The notes under the pieces were generated by a model. That model worked only from the letters and a program-made list of their open reading frames with translations, searched no databases and was not told the DNA's origin. DNA of 64,000 nt from Noviherbaspirillum sp. (GTDB lineage: Bacteria; Pseudomonadota; Gammaproteobacteria; Burkholderiales; Burkholderiaceae_D): the NCBI RefSeq assembly GCF_035254685.1, contig NZ_DATFAI010000043.1, positions 17,604-81,603 on the forward strand. The letters are read 5' to 3'. The translations under genes and the position numbers were made by a program. How positions within the stretch are numbered: the stretch's first letter is position 1; each line of letters starts with the position of its first letter. Of the stretch, positions 43,974 through 60,636 are shown piece after piece.

Positions 43974-44690
43974 ATGGCCAGACTTCCGCGACTTGTCGTT
44001 CCCCATCAGCCGCACCATGTCATTCAGCGCGGCAATGACCGTCAATCCATCTTCCGGGATGCGGAGGATTATTCCATTTTCCTGCGCTGGCTGCGTGAAG
44101 CGGCGAAACTGTTCAAGGTCGCCGTGCATGCCTATGTCCTCATGCCCGACCATCTGCACCTGCTCGTTTCCCCTTCGGACGAAACGGGGCTGGGGAAAAT
44201 GATGCAATGGGTCGGGCGCCACTATGTTCCGTATTTCAACACGAGGTACCACCGCTCCGGCACGCTTTGGCAGGGCAGGTTCAGGGCGACGGTGATCGAA
44301 TCCGAGGCTTACTTTCTTGCGTGCAGCTGTTATATCGAATCCAATCCGATGCGGGCCGGCCTCGTGCAGGACGCAGCCGAATATTCCTGGTCCAGCTTCA
44401 GTCATCACGCCGGGGTGAAACCTGATCCGCTGCTTACGGACCATCCGCTGTTCTGGGCGCTGGGAAATACCCCCTTTGATCGTGAGATGGCCTACAAAGA
44501 GCTGATGAATCAAGGTCTTGCACCACGCGAGATCGAGGTCATCGGTCAGGCCACCCTGAAGGGCTGGCCGCTCGGCTCGGATAAATTCAAGGCCATGCTT
44601 GCCAGGCAGACCAATCGACGTGTCACTCCAGCCAAGCGCGGCCGGCCACCCAAACCAAGACAAGACCCAGGCACGACCAACGCCGGTTGA
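43974..44690 (+). mobile_element. RAYT-like HUH Y1 transposase/nuclease (IS200/IS605 superfamily), no element ends recognised
   Basis: MARLPR, HHVIQRGNDRQSIF, AYVLMPDHLHLL (HUH), GTLWQGRF, YIESNPMRAGLV (catalytic Tyr) and YSWSS. Confidence 0.88.
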
Positions 44691-44731
44691 GCCGTGTTCC
44701 AAAATACGATGCATCAAGTAGTTTGCACGGA

Positions 44732-44798
44732 TTCACTCTGTCCCCATTTAATTGTAAAAATAATTCCCATATTTTTAATTTCACTCTGACCCTGTTTA
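44732..44798 (+). repeat. Two imperfect 19-bp direct repeats, 48 bp apart, in the AT-rich gltB upstream region
   Basis: TTCACTCTGTCCCCATTTA (44732-44750) and TTCACTCTGACCCTGTTTA (44780-44798). Confidence 0.8.
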
Positions 44799-44869
44799 TT
44801 TAAGTTGAACAATCTATTGCGCTGCACTATCCTTCAAGGTCAATATCACCAAAGTTGCGGAGAAAGCTT

Positions 44870-49546
<4,677 letters not shown>

Positions 49547-49613
49547 TTATCTATAAACGATGCTGGTGCAGGGATCCTCAAGCGGTCCCTGCAGCCAAGA
49601 ATGTGAGTAAAAA

Positions 49614-51077
49614 ATGGGAAAAGTAACCGGCTTTCTGGAATACCAACGCCTCCACGAGGCGAGTGAAGCACCCCAACTGCGCAAGAAGCATTACAAGGAA
49701 TTCGTAATGCATCTGAGCGACGAAGACGCGAAGATTCAGGGCGCGCGTTGCATGGACTGCGGCATCCCCTTCTGCAACAACGGGTGCCCGGTCAATAACA
49801 TCATTCCGGATTGGAACGACCTCGTCTATCACGGCAACTTCAAGGAAGCGCTGGACAACCTGCTCTCCACCAACAACTTTCCGGAGTTCACCGGGCGCAT
49901 CTGCCCCGCGCCGTGCGAAGCCGCCTGCACGCTGAACATCAACAGCAACCCGGTCGGCATCAAGTCGATCGAGCACTTCATCATCGACAAAGGTTGGGAG
50001 AACGGCTGGGTCCTGCCGCAGATTCCGGCCACGAAGACTGGCAAGAAAGTCGCCGTGGTCGGCTCCGGTCCTGCCGGCCTGGCCGCCGCGCAGCAGCTCG
50101 CCCGCGCTGGACACGACGTAACGCTGTTCGAAAAGAACGACCGCATCGGCGGCCTCCTGCGTTACGGGATTCCCGACTTCAAGCTGGAAAAGTCGCACAT
50201 CGACCGCCGCGTCGAGCAAATGAAGGCTGAAGGCGTCACCTTCCGCACCGGTGTTTTCATCGGCAAGGAGTTTACGTCGAACGTCTACAACTGGGCCAAG
50301 GAAACGATCTCTCCTGATCAGCTGAAAAAGGATTTCGACGCTGTTGTGATCGCTGGTGGCGCCGAGCAGCCGCGCGACCTGCCGGTACCGGGGCGCGAGT
50401 TGAAGGCCGTTCACTTCGCGATGGAATTCCTGCCATTGCAGAACAAGGTCAATGCCGGCGACAAGGTCAAGGACCAGATCCTCGCCACCGGCAAGCACGT
50501 CATCGTGATCGGCGGTGGCGACACCGGATCCGACTGCGTTGGTACGTCGAACCGGCATGGCGCGGCTGCGGTCACGCAATTCGAACTGCTGCCGATGCCG
50601 CCGGAACAGGAAAACAAGCCGCTCGTCTGGCCGTACTGGCCGACCAAGCTGCGCACCTCGTCTTCCCACGAAGAAGGATGCGGTCGCGACTGGTCGGTCG
50701 CGACCAAGCGCCTTGAAGGCAAGAACGGCAAGGTCGAGAAGCTGATCGCTGCCCGTGTCGAATGGAAGGACGGCAAGATGGTCGAAGTGCCGAATTCCGA
50801 GTTCGAGCTGAAGGCCGACCTGGTCTTGCTGGCAATGGGCTTCGTGTCGCCGGTGCAAACCGTGCTGGATGCTTTCGGCGTCGACAAGGATGCGCGTGGC
50901 AATGCCAAGGCGACAACGGACGGAGAAGGCTGCTACAAGACCTCCGTAGACAAGGTGTTTGCAGCGGGTGACATGCGCCGCGGTCAGTCGCTGGTCGTCT
51001 GGGCAATCCGGGAAGGGCGTCAATGCGCCCGCGCAGTGGATGAATTCCTGATGGGTTCGACGGTTCTGCCGCGTTAA
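49614..51077 (+). CDS. gltD: Glutamate synthase small subunit
   Basis: [27 protein letters not shown] and IGGGDTG. Confidence 0.97.
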   Translation: MGKVTGFLEYQRLHEASEAPQLRKKHYKEFVMHLSDEDAKIQGARCMDCGIPFCNNGCPVNNIIPDWNDLVYHGNFKEALDNLLSTNNFPEFTGRICPAPCEAACTLNINSNPVGIKSIEHFIIDKGWENGWVLPQIPATKTGKKVAVVGSGPAGLAAAQQLARAGHDVTLFEKNDRIGGLLRYGIPDFKLEKSHIDRRVEQMKAEGVTFRTGVFIGKEFTSNVYNWAKETISPDQLKKDFDAVVIAGGAEQPRDLPVPGRELKAVHFAMEFLPLQNKVNAGDKVKDQILATGKHVIVIGGGDTGSDCVGTSNRHGAAAVTQFELLPMPPEQENKPLVWPYWPTKLRTSSSHEEGCGRDWSVATKRLEGKNGKVEKLIAARVEWKDGKMVEVPNSEFELKADLVLLAMGFVSPVQTVLDAFGVDKDARGNAKATTDGEGCYKTSVDKVFAAGDMRRGQSLVVWAIREGRQCARAVDEFLMGSTVLPR

Positions 51078-51096
51078 TTTGTAACAATGTTCAGGG

Positions 51097-51131
51097 AAAA
51101 ACCGCCGCATCGAAAGGTGCGGCGGTTTTTT
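51097..51131 (+). terminator. gltBD terminator
   Basis: AAAAACCGCCGCATC-gaaa-GGTGCGGCGGTTTTT. Confidence 0.85.
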
Positions 51132-51211
51132 GTCACATTTCGGCGCTCCGTTGGGGTAAGCCAAAAGTCCGATTGCCGTTTCTGCACTACAATCTCATCT
51201 TTGCGTTGAAG

Positions 51212-52024
51212 ATGAATGACGTGCCAAACCTCCTCGAAATCCGCGACCTGCATTTTGCCTATGGCGAGCGCCCGATTCTGTCGGGGCTGGCGATGGATTT
51301 CCCGCGCGGGAAAGTGGTGGCAGTCATGGGCGGTTCCGGCTCCGGCAAGACAACCATCCTGCGCCTGATCGGCGGGCAGTTGGAGCCGCAGCGAGGGGCC
51401 ATCATGCTTGATGGCCAGCCGGTCGATGCTCGCAATACCAAGGCGATGTATGCCATGCGCCGCAAGATGGGCATGCTGTTCCAGCACGGCGCGCTGTTCA
51501 CCGACCTGACGGTGTTCGAGAACGTCGCGTTTCCGTTGCGCGAACATACCACCTTGCCGGAAGAGCTGATTCGCGATCTCGTGCTGATGAAGCTGCAGGC
51601 GGTGGGACTGCGCAATGCCGCGCAGCTGAAGCCGGCCGAGATTTCCGGCGGCATGGCGCGCCGCGTCGCACTCGCGCGGGCGGTGGCACTGGATCCGCAG
51701 CTCATCATGTACGATGAACCCTTCGCGGGACTCGATCCGATTTCGATGGGAGTGACGGCCAACCTGGTTCGCCGCCTGAATGACGCGCTGGGCTCGACGT
51801 CGATCATCGTCTCGCACGACGTGCACGAGACCTTCCTGATCGCCGATTATGTGTATTTTCTGTCGCAGGGAAAGATCGTGGCGCACGGCACGCCGCAGCA
51901 GATGAGCGAATCGTCGGATCCCTACGTTAGGCAGTTCGTGCACGCGGAGACGGATGGGCCTGTGCCCTTCCATTACCCGGGGCGTTCGCTGGCGGAAGAC
52001 CTGCACCTGGAGGCGAAGCAATGA
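51212..52024 (+). CDS. mlaF: Phospholipid ABC transporter ATPase MlaF
   Basis: GGSGSGKTT, ISGGMARR and YDEPFAG. Confidence 0.92.
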   Translation: MNDVPNLLEIRDLHFAYGERPILSGLAMDFPRGKVVAVMGGSGSGKTTILRLIGGQLEPQRGAIMLDGQPVDARNTKAMYAMRRKMGMLFQHGALFTDLTVFENVAFPLREHTTLPEELIRDLVLMKLQAVGLRNAAQLKPAEISGGMARRVALARAVALDPQLIMYDEPFAGLDPISMGVTANLVRRLNDALGSTSIIVSHDVHETFLIADYVYFLSQGKIVAHGTPQQMSESSDPYVRQFVHAETDGPVPFHYPGRSLAEDLHLEAKQ

Positions 52025-52800
52025 TCCTCGACATGGTCAGCGGGCTTGGACGATGGGTGCGCGAATTCATCGGCAATGTGGGCTATGCAACGCGCATGTT
52101 CCTGTCCATGCTGCTCGCACCGGCAAGCCTGCTGAAGCGGCCGCGTCTCGTGACCGACCAGATTCACTTCATCGGCAATTATTCGCTCGTGATCATTGCG
52201 GTGTCCGGCCTGTTTGTCGGCTTCGTGCTCGGCCTGCAGGGCTACTACACGCTGAACAAGTATGGTTCGGAACAGGCGCTCGGCCTGCTGGTTGCACTCT
52301 CGCTCACGCGCGAGCTGGGGCCCGTGGTGACGGCGCTGCTGTTCGCGGGCCGCGCCGGCACTTCGCTCACCGCCGAGATCGGTCTGATGAAGGCAGGCGA
52401 ACAGTTGTCTGCCATGGAAATGATGGCGGTCGATCCACTCAAGCGTGTGGTTGCGCCGCGCTTCTGGGCCGGCGTCATCGCCATGCCGGTGCTGGCATCG
52501 ATTTTCAGCGCCGTCGGCGTCATCGGCGGCTACATTGTCGGTGTGCGCCTGATCGGCGTGGACGAGGGCGCGTTCTGGTCCCAGATGCAGGACGGCGTGG
52601 ATGTCTGGAAAGACATTGCGAACGGCGTGATCAAAAGCGTAGTGTTCGGATTTGCGGTAACGTTTATCGCACTGTTCCAAGGGTATGAGGCGCAGCCGAC
52701 GCCCGAAGGCGTTTCGCGCGCAACGACACGTACCGTGGTCATTGCCTCGCTGATGGTTCTCTGGCTGGACTTCCTGCTGACGGCGATCATGTTCGATTGA
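52021..52800 (+). CDS. mlaE: Phospholipid ABC transporter permease MlaE
   Basis: RELGPVVTALLFAGRAG and GVSRATTRTVV. Confidence 0.95.
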   Translation: MILDMVSGLGRWVREFIGNVGYATRMFLSMLLAPASLLKRPRLVTDQIHFIGNYSLVIIAVSGLFVGFVLGLQGYYTLNKYGSEQALGLLVALSLTRELGPVVTALLFAGRAGTSLTAEIGLMKAGEQLSAMEMMAVDPLKRVVAPRFWAGVIAMPVLASIFSAVGVIGGYIVGVRLIGVDEGAFWSQMQDGVDVWKDIANGVIKSVVFGFAVTFIALFQGYEAQPTPEGVSRATTRTVVIASLMVLWLDFLLTAIMFD

Positions 52801-52902
52801 TGGGCCGGCAGCAATGATTCACCTGCGTACGGTCCGGGAAAACCACATTTTTCATGTTGCAGCCCCCCGAGGCTCGGCATCTTCAATTTAGGGTATTCGA
52901 TT

Positions 52903-53376
52903 ATGCAGCGAAAATCGTTAGACTTATGGGTTGGCTTGTTCGTCCTGCTCGGTGCGCTGGCCCTGTTTTTCCTGGCGATGAAGGCAGGGAACATGAGCTC
53001 GATGTCGTTCGAGAAGACGTATCCGGTCATCACCAAGTTCGACAATATCGGCGGCCTCAAGCCGCGCGCACCCGTGAAGAGCGCGGGCGTGGTGGTGGGC
53101 CGCGTGGGCGACATCAAGTTCGACGACAAGAGTTATCAGGCAGTCGTGACGTTAAACCTCGATACCAATTACAAGTTCCCGAAGGACAGCTCCGCAAAGA
53201 TTCTGACGTCGGGCTTGCTGGGTGAGCAGTACATCGGCCTGGAACCGGGCGGCGATGTCAACAACCTGGCCGCCGGCGATCGCATCAAGATGACGCAGTC
53301 CGCCGTCGTCCTGGAGAACCTCATCAGCCAGTTCTTGTACAGTAAGGCGGCCGAGGGAAAGGAAGGCAATAAATAA
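52903..53376 (+). CDS. mlaD: MCE protein MlaD
   Basis: FDNIGGLK, GVVVGRV and TSGLLGEQYI. Confidence 0.95.
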   Translation: MQRKSLDLWVGLFVLLGALALFFLAMKAGNMSSMSFEKTYPVITKFDNIGGLKPRAPVKSAGVVVGRVGDIKFDDKSYQAVVTLNLDTNYKFPKDSSAKILTSGLLGEQYIGLEPGGDVNNLAAGDRIKMTQSAVVLENLISQFLYSKAAEGKEGNK

Positions 53377-54245
53377 TGAACCCTGCGTTACGAATCAGTG
53401 TGTTGGCCATGTCGCTTGTCCTCGGCGGATGCGCGACGACGGCCAATCCCAGGGATCCTTTTGAAAACTTCAACCGCGCCATGTTCCAGTTCAATGACGC
53501 GGTGGACCGGGCTGCGCTCAAGCCAGCGGCCGAGGGCTATGCGAAGCTCCCGGGTTTCGTGCAGACTGGCGTCAGCAATTTCTTCGGCAATCTTGGCGAC
53601 GTCTGGACCGCAATCAATAACTTTTTGCAAGGCAAGGCAGGCGACGGCATGTCGGACGTCATGCGCGTCGCGGTCAATACCACCATGGGGCTGGGCGGCG
53701 TGCTCGACATCAGTTCCGAAGCGGGCCTCACCAAGCACAAGGAAGATTTTGGACAGACCCTGGGCAAGTGGGGCATCAAGTCCGGCCCCTATGTGGTGCT
53801 GCCGCTTCTCGGCCCCTCGACGCTGCGTGACACGCTTGCACTGCCGCTCGATTCTCAGGCCGATCCCTGGTACTACGTCTATCCTGTTTATATCCGCAAC
53901 AGCGGAACCGTCTTGCGGGCCGTGGATCAGCGCGCTGCCATCCTGGACGCCTCCAACCTGCTCGAGGAGGCTGCATTGGATCGCTACGTCTTTGTGCGCG
54001 ACGCCTTCCTGCAACGCCGGGAGAGCAAGGTGCATGACGGCGCAGCGCCGGAATCGCACTACGAAGATGACGTAGGGCCGACCTTCACGGAAGATGATGC
54101 TTCCGGATCGCAACAAAATGCCGCAACCTTGAATGGTCAGAAGGCAACAGATGCGGAACCCGCGGCCAAACCGGTTGTCGAAGTGGAACAAAACGGTGCC
54201 GGCAAGCCAGGGGCGACATCGCCCGGGACGGATACCAGGCAATAG
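53376..54245 (+). CDS. mlaA: MlaA/VacJ lipoprotein
   Basis: Lipobox LGGC, DPFENFNR, EDFGQTLG and GPYVVLPLLGPST. Confidence 0.94.
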   Translation: MNPALRISVLAMSLVLGGCATTANPRDPFENFNRAMFQFNDAVDRAALKPAAEGYAKLPGFVQTGVSNFFGNLGDVWTAINNFLQGKAGDGMSDVMRVAVNTTMGLGGVLDISSEAGLTKHKEDFGQTLGKWGIKSGPYVVLPLLGPSTLRDTLALPLDSQADPWYYVYPVYIRNSGTVLRAVDQRAAILDASNLLEEAALDRYVFVRDAFLQRRESKVHDGAAPESHYEDDVGPTFTEDDASGSQQNAATLNGQKATDAEPAAKPVVEVEQNGAGKPGATSPGTDTRQ

Positions 54246-54357
54246 CCGGCCTCACTCCTCCCACTTCGGGCGGCTCGAATGCCCGGCCGGATTTTGCTCA
54301 GTTGAATTTTGACAATGGGGCGGTAAGCCGCCCCGCATGTAACAATCACAGGAAATC

Positions 54358-55008
54358 ATGAAACTACTCAAGAAATTGTTTGCTGTTATCGGATTTTTCG
54401 TTGGTATGGCAGCCTTCCTGCCCGCTGCAAGCGCACAGGAAACCCCGGATGCGCTGGTGAAACGGATCAGTCAGGAAGTGCTGGACGCAGCCAAGAACGA
54501 CAAGGAAATCCAGAACGGAAACCAGAAGCATGTGCTGGAACTGGTCGAAGCCAAGATCCTCCCGTACGTCGACTTCCAGCGCATGACGGCGCTGGCCGCC
54601 GGACGCTTCTGGCGCCAGGCAACGCCCGAGCAGCAGAAGCAGTTGACCGATGAATTCCGCTCCCTGCTGGTCTACACGTATTCTGGTGCGATCTCGCAGA
54701 TCCGCGACCAGAAGCTGGAATTCAAGCCGATGCGCGCCGATCCGTCCGATACCGAAGTGGAAGTGCGCTCCCGGGTGCTGCAACCACGCGGCGGCGACCC
54801 GATTCAGCTCGACTACCGTCTCGAGAAGTTGCCGAACGGCTGGAAGATCTATGACATCAACGTGCTTGGCGCGTGGCTGGTTGAAACCTACAAGGGCAAT
54901 TTTGCGGCTGAAATCAGCAAGGGCGGCATCGACGGCCTGATCAAGACCCTGTCCGAGAAGAACAAGCGCCTTGCCGCCAGTGCGGCAAAGGGTACCAAGG
55001 CTTCCTGA
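54358..55008 (+). CDS. mlaC: Periplasmic phospholipid-binding protein MlaC
   Basis: Signal peptide, DFQRMT, LVYTYS and WKIYDINVLG. Confidence 0.93.
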   Translation: MKLLKKLFAVIGFFVGMAAFLPAASAQETPDALVKRISQEVLDAAKNDKEIQNGNQKHVLELVEAKILPYVDFQRMTALAAGRFWRQATPEQQKQLTDEFRSLLVYTYSGAISQIRDQKLEFKPMRADPSDTEVEVRSRVLQPRGGDPIQLDYRLEKLPNGWKIYDINVLGAWLVETYKGNFAAEISKGGIDGLIKTLSEKNKRLAASAAKGTKAS

Positions 55009-55015
55009 GTCCACC

Positions 55016-55312
55016 ATGTACCGTCCTGCCCTCACGCTGACCATCAACAACGCCAGGACCGCGCTGGAAGCCGGCTTGAAGGCCATCGGAGATGGGCAGA
55101 CGGAGTTTGATCTTGGCGACCTGACGGTGGTCGATTCGGCCGCCGTCGCTACCTTGCTGGCCTGGCAGCGCGCTGCCGCTGCCGGCGGCAAATCCCTCGT
55201 ATTTCGCAATCTTCCGGCCAGCCTCCAGAGCCTGGCCACACTCTACGGCGTGACCGGCCTTCTGCACCTCGCGCCCGCCGGCGAGTCCCGCGCCGCTTCG
55301 TCGCACCATTGA
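55016..55312 (+). CDS. mlaB: STAS-domain protein MlaB
   Basis: DLGDLTVVDSAAVATLLAW and LATLYGV. Confidence 0.88.
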   Translation: MYRPALTLTINNARTALEAGLKAIGDGQTEFDLGDLTVVDSAAVATLLAWQRAAAAGGKSLVFRNLPASLQSLATLYGVTGLLHLAPAGESRAASSHH

Positions 55313-55461
55313 CGCTTCCCTGATTACCCGCGCGATCAGGCTTCCTGATCGGAAATCCCATATAATCAAGGGTTCCGCCAAAGGTTTCGCACTGTTCTGC
55401 AAACATTTGGCCCTTTTCCGGTCCTTTCCCGGCTCTTTCTCGCTACATTGACCAAGCCAAC

Positions 55462-56370
55462 ATGGCGGCTCTTCAAATCGTCGACGTCGAAAAACGCTAC
55501 AAGTCGCTGCGTGCGCTTGGCGGTGTATCGCTGTCCATCGAGCAGGGCGAATTTTTCGGCCTGCTCGGACCGAACGGTGCCGGCAAGACCACACTGATTT
55601 CCATCATTGCCGGACTCAACCGCGCCGATTCGGGCAGTGTGTCCATCCATGGTTTTGACGTGGTGCGCGACTATCGCGAAGCGCGCAAGCGGCTCGGCGT
55701 CGTGCCACAGGAACTGGTATTCGATCCATTCTTCACCGTGCGCGAAACCCTGCGCATGCAATCCGGCTATTTCGGACTGAAGAACAATGACGCATGGATC
55801 GACGAGGTGATGGCTAACCTCGATCTCACCAACAAGGCCGACACCAATACGCGCGCGCTGTCGGGAGGCATGAAGCGTCGCGTGCTGGTGGCGCAGGCGC
55901 TGGTGCACAAGCCGCCAGTGATCGTGCTCGACGAGCCGACTGCCGGTGTAGACGTGGAATTGCGCCAGACCTTGTGGAAGTTCATTGCGCGCCTGAACCG
56001 TGAGGGCCACACCATCGTGCTGACGACGCACTACCTGGAAGAAGCGCAGGCTTTGTGCAATCGCATCGCGATGCTCAAGGCGGGGAAGGTGGTCGCGCTC
56101 GATTCCACGTCGGCCCTGATCAGACGCATTTCCGGCTCGCAACTAACGCTGCGCCTGAAGGGACCTTTGCCGGACACGCTGAAAAGCCTGGTATCGCATC
56201 CCGACGAGCTGGTGACGGGCAACAAGTACACGCTGCGTGTCAATGAGTACTCCGATGTCGAGCCGATTCTCGCCACACTGCGTCAATCCGGCGCGGTCAT
56301 CGACGACATGCAGCTGCAGCAGGCCGACCTGGAAGACGTGTTCATCCAGATCATGGAGGGCGAGAAATGA
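55462..56370 (+). CDS. ABC transporter ATP-binding protein (YadG-like)
   Basis: [24 protein letters not shown] and TTHYLEEA. Confidence 0.9.
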   Translation: MAALQIVDVEKRYKSLRALGGVSLSIEQGEFFGLLGPNGAGKTTLISIIAGLNRADSGSVSIHGFDVVRDYREARKRLGVVPQELVFDPFFTVRETLRMQSGYFGLKNNDAWIDEVMANLDLTNKADTNTRALSGGMKRRVLVAQALVHKPPVIVLDEPTAGVDVELRQTLWKFIARLNREGHTIVLTTHYLEEAQALCNRIAMLKAGKVVALDSTSALIRRISGSQLTLRLKGPLPDTLKSLVSHPDELVTGNKYTLRVNEYSDVEPILATLRQSGAVIDDMQLQQADLEDVFIQIMEGEK

Positions 56371-57122
56371 CCGGCTTCCAGACATTGTTGTACAAGGAGG
56401 TTCTGCGCTTCTGGAAGGTCGCGATGCAGACCATCACTGCGCCCATTCTGACCGCGATGCTCTACCTGCTGATCTTCGGCCATGTGCTGGAGGACCACGT
56501 GCAGGTGTATCCGCAGGTGCGCTACACCTCCTTCCTGATCCCGGGCCTGGTGATGATGAGCGTGCTGCAGAACGCGTTTGCGAACAGCTCCTCCTCGCTG
56601 ATCCAGTCCAAGATCACCGGCAATCTGGTATTCGTACTGTTGCCGCCCCTGTCACACTGGGAGATTTACGGCGCCTATGTCCTTGCGTCCGTCGTGCGCG
56701 GACTCGCGGTCGGCACAGGAGTGTTCATCATCACCGCCTGGTTTGCCAAATTGACATTTGTCGCGCCGTGGTGGATCGTGATCTTTTCTCTGCTCGGCGC
56801 CGGCATGCTCGGCACCATGGGTCTGATCGCCGGCATCTGGGCTGAAAAATTCGACCAGCTCGCGGCATTCCAGAACTTCCTGATCATGCCGGCAACCTTT
56901 CTGTCAGGAGTGTTTTATTCGATCCACTCCCTGCCTCCATTCTGGCAATCGGTGTCGCGTTTCAATCCGTTTTTTTATATGATTGACGGCTTCCGCTACG
57001 GCTTTTTCGGCCAGTCCGACGTGAATCCGTCGACCAGTTTTTCGATTGTTACCGTATTTTTTGTGTTGCTGGCCGCCTTCGCAATCTACCTGCTGAAGAG
57101 CGGCTACAAGTTGCGCCACTAG
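56367..57122 (+). CDS. ABC-2 type permease (YadH-like)
   Basis: KEVLRFW, PGLVMM, SGVFYSI and NPFFYMIDGFRYG. Confidence 0.9.
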   Translation: MTGFQTLLYKEVLRFWKVAMQTITAPILTAMLYLLIFGHVLEDHVQVYPQVRYTSFLIPGLVMMSVLQNAFANSSSSLIQSKITGNLVFVLLPPLSHWEIYGAYVLASVVRGLAVGTGVFIITAWFAKLTFVAPWWIVIFSLLGAGMLGTMGLIAGIWAEKFDQLAAFQNFLIMPATFLSGVFYSIHSLPPFWQSVSRFNPFFYMIDGFRYGFFGQSDVNPSTSFSIVTVFFVLLAAFAIYLLKSGYKLRH

Positions 57123-57131
57123 AGAGTAGAT

Positions 57132-58620
<1,489 letters not shown>

Positions 58621-58621
<1 letters not shown>

Positions 58622-59271
58622 TGAACCAACAACTGACTCTCGCGCTGTCCAAGGGACGGATCTTCGAAGAGACGCTGCCGTTGCTGCAGGCAGCCGGCAT
58701 CACCGTCACGGAAGATCCCGAAAAGTCGCGCAAGCTGATCCTGCCGACCAACGATCCCAACATCCGCGTCATCATTGTGCGCGCATCGGACGTGCCAACC
58801 TATGTGCAGTACGGCGCGGCCGACTTCGGCGTCGCCGGCAAGGACGTACTGCTCGAGCACGGCGGCGAAGGACTGTACCAGCCGATCGATCTGAACATCG
58901 CCAAGTGCCGCCTGTCGGTCGCGGTGCCGGCGGGCTTCGACTATGCCAGCGCGGTGCGCCAGGGTGCGCGGCTACGCGTCGTGACGAAGTACGTCAATTG
59001 CGCGCGGGAGCATTTCGCTGCGAAGGGCGTGCACGTCGACCTGATCAAGCTGTATGGCTCGATGGAACTCGGCCCGCTGGTCGGATTGTCGGATGCGATC
59101 GTCGACCTCGTCAGCACCGGCAGCACGCTGCGTGCCAACAACCTGGTCGAGGTCGAGCACATCATGAACATTTCCTCGCGCCTCGTCGTCAACCAGGCTG
59201 CGCTCAAGCTGAAGCGTGAACGCCTGCAGCCGATCCTGGAAGCATTCGAAGAAGCTGCGAAAGCGAGATAA
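58621..59271 (+). CDS. hisG: ATP phosphoribosyltransferase, short form
   Basis: 216 aa; [21 protein letters not shown] and DLVSTG; the short form implies HisZ is encoded elsewhere. Confidence 0.95.
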
Positions 59272-59275
59272 GTCC

Positions 59276-60589
59276 ATGGCCATCCAGATGCGCAAACTCG
59301 ATACCACCGATCCGGACTTCAAGGCAAAACTGAGCGCCGTGCTCGCTTTCGAGGCGAGCGAGGATGAAGCCATCGATCGCGCTGCCGCGCAGATCCTCGC
59401 CGATGTGAAAGCGCGCGGCGACGCCGCCGTGCTGGACTACACCAACCGCTTCGACAAACTGAATGCCTCCGCCGTCTCCCAGCTCGAGATCGGCAAGGAA
59501 GAACTCCATGCGGCACTGAACGGCCTGCCGCCGCAGCGCCGCGCAGCGCTGCAAACCGCCGCCGACCGCGTGCGCGCCTATCACGAGCGCCAGAAGCGCG
59601 AAACCGGCAGCGACGGATTCACTTACACCGAGGCCGATGGCACCGTGCTGGGCCAAAAGGTGACGCCGCTCGATCGCGTCGGCATCTATGTCCCTGGCGG
59701 CAAGGCGGCGTACCCGTCTTCCGTGCTGATGAATGCGATTCCTGCCAAGGTCGCCGGCGTGCAGGAGATCATCATGGTTGTGCCGACGCCGGGTGGGGTG
59801 AAGAACGAGCTGGTGCTCGCCGCTGCGGCGATCGCCGGCGTTGACCGCGTGTTCACCATCGGCGGCGCACAGGCTGTCGGCGCGCTCGCGCATGGCACCG
59901 CAACGATTCCACAGGTCGACAAGATCGTCGGCCCCGGTAACGCCTATGTCGCGGCAGCAAAGCGGCGTGTATTCGGCATCGTCGGCATCGACATGATCGC
60001 CGGCCCGTCGGAGATCCTGGTGATCTGTGATGGCACGACCGACCCGGACTGGATTGCGATGGATCTCTTCTCGCAAGCGGAGCATGACGAACTGGCGCAG
60101 TCGATCCTGATCTGCCCGGACGACACGTACATCGCCAGGGTCGAAGCCAGCGTCAACAGGCAGCTCGACGCCATGCCGCGCAAGGACGTCATCCGCACCT
60201 CGCTGACCAACCGCGGCGCGCTGGTAAAGGTTCGAGACATGGACGAGGCATGCGACATCGCAAACCTGATCGCGGCGGAGCACCTGGAAATTTCAGCGGA
60301 GAATCCGCAGCAGTGGGTCAACAAGGTACGCCATGCCGGCGCCATGTTCCTCGGGCGCTTTTCCTCCGAGTCGCTGGGAGATTACTGCGCCGGGCCGAAT
60401 CACGTGCTGCCGACCTCGCGCACCGCGCGCTTTTCGTCGCCGCTCGGTGTGTACGATTTCCAGAAGCGTTCCAGCATCATTCAGGTGAGCGAAGCCGGTG
60501 CTCAGGTCCTCGGCAAGGTGGCCGCCGAACTCGCGTATGGCGAGGGCTTGCAGGCGCACGCTCGTTCCGCCGAGTATCGGTTGAAATGA
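59276..60589 (+). CDS. hisD: Histidinol dehydrogenase
   Basis: [26 protein letters not shown] and GPNHVLPT. Confidence 0.97.
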   Translation: MAIQMRKLDTTDPDFKAKLSAVLAFEASEDEAIDRAAAQILADVKARGDAAVLDYTNRFDKLNASAVSQLEIGKEELHAALNGLPPQRRAALQTAADRVRAYHERQKRETGSDGFTYTEADGTVLGQKVTPLDRVGIYVPGGKAAYPSSVLMNAIPAKVAGVQEIIMVVPTPGGVKNELVLAAAAIAGVDRVFTIGGAQAVGALAHGTATIPQVDKIVGPGNAYVAAAKRRVFGIVGIDMIAGPSEILVICDGTTDPDWIAMDLFSQAEHDELAQSILICPDDTYIARVEASVNRQLDAMPRKDVIRTSLTNRGALVKVRDMDEACDIANLIAAEHLEISAENPQQWVNKVRHAGAMFLGRFSSESLGDYCAGPNHVLPTSRTARFSSPLGVYDFQKRSSIIQVSEAGAQVLGKVAAELAYGEGLQAHARSAEYRLK

Positions 60590-60599
60590 GGTCCGCCAG

Positions 60600-60627
60600 C
60601 GTCATTCCCGCGCAGGCGGGAATCCAG
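60600..60627. repeat. REP-like palindrome (CGTC-type, ATTCCC...GGGAAT core)
   Basis: CGTC-ATTCCCGC-gcag-GCGGGAAT-CCAG between hisD and the methyltransferase. Confidence 0.8.
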
Positions 60628-60636
60628 GTGCGCTGA

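Noticed and set aside
49563-49597. Hairpin between gltB and gltD
   Set aside because: No U tail; an ordinary intercistronic stabilising hairpin
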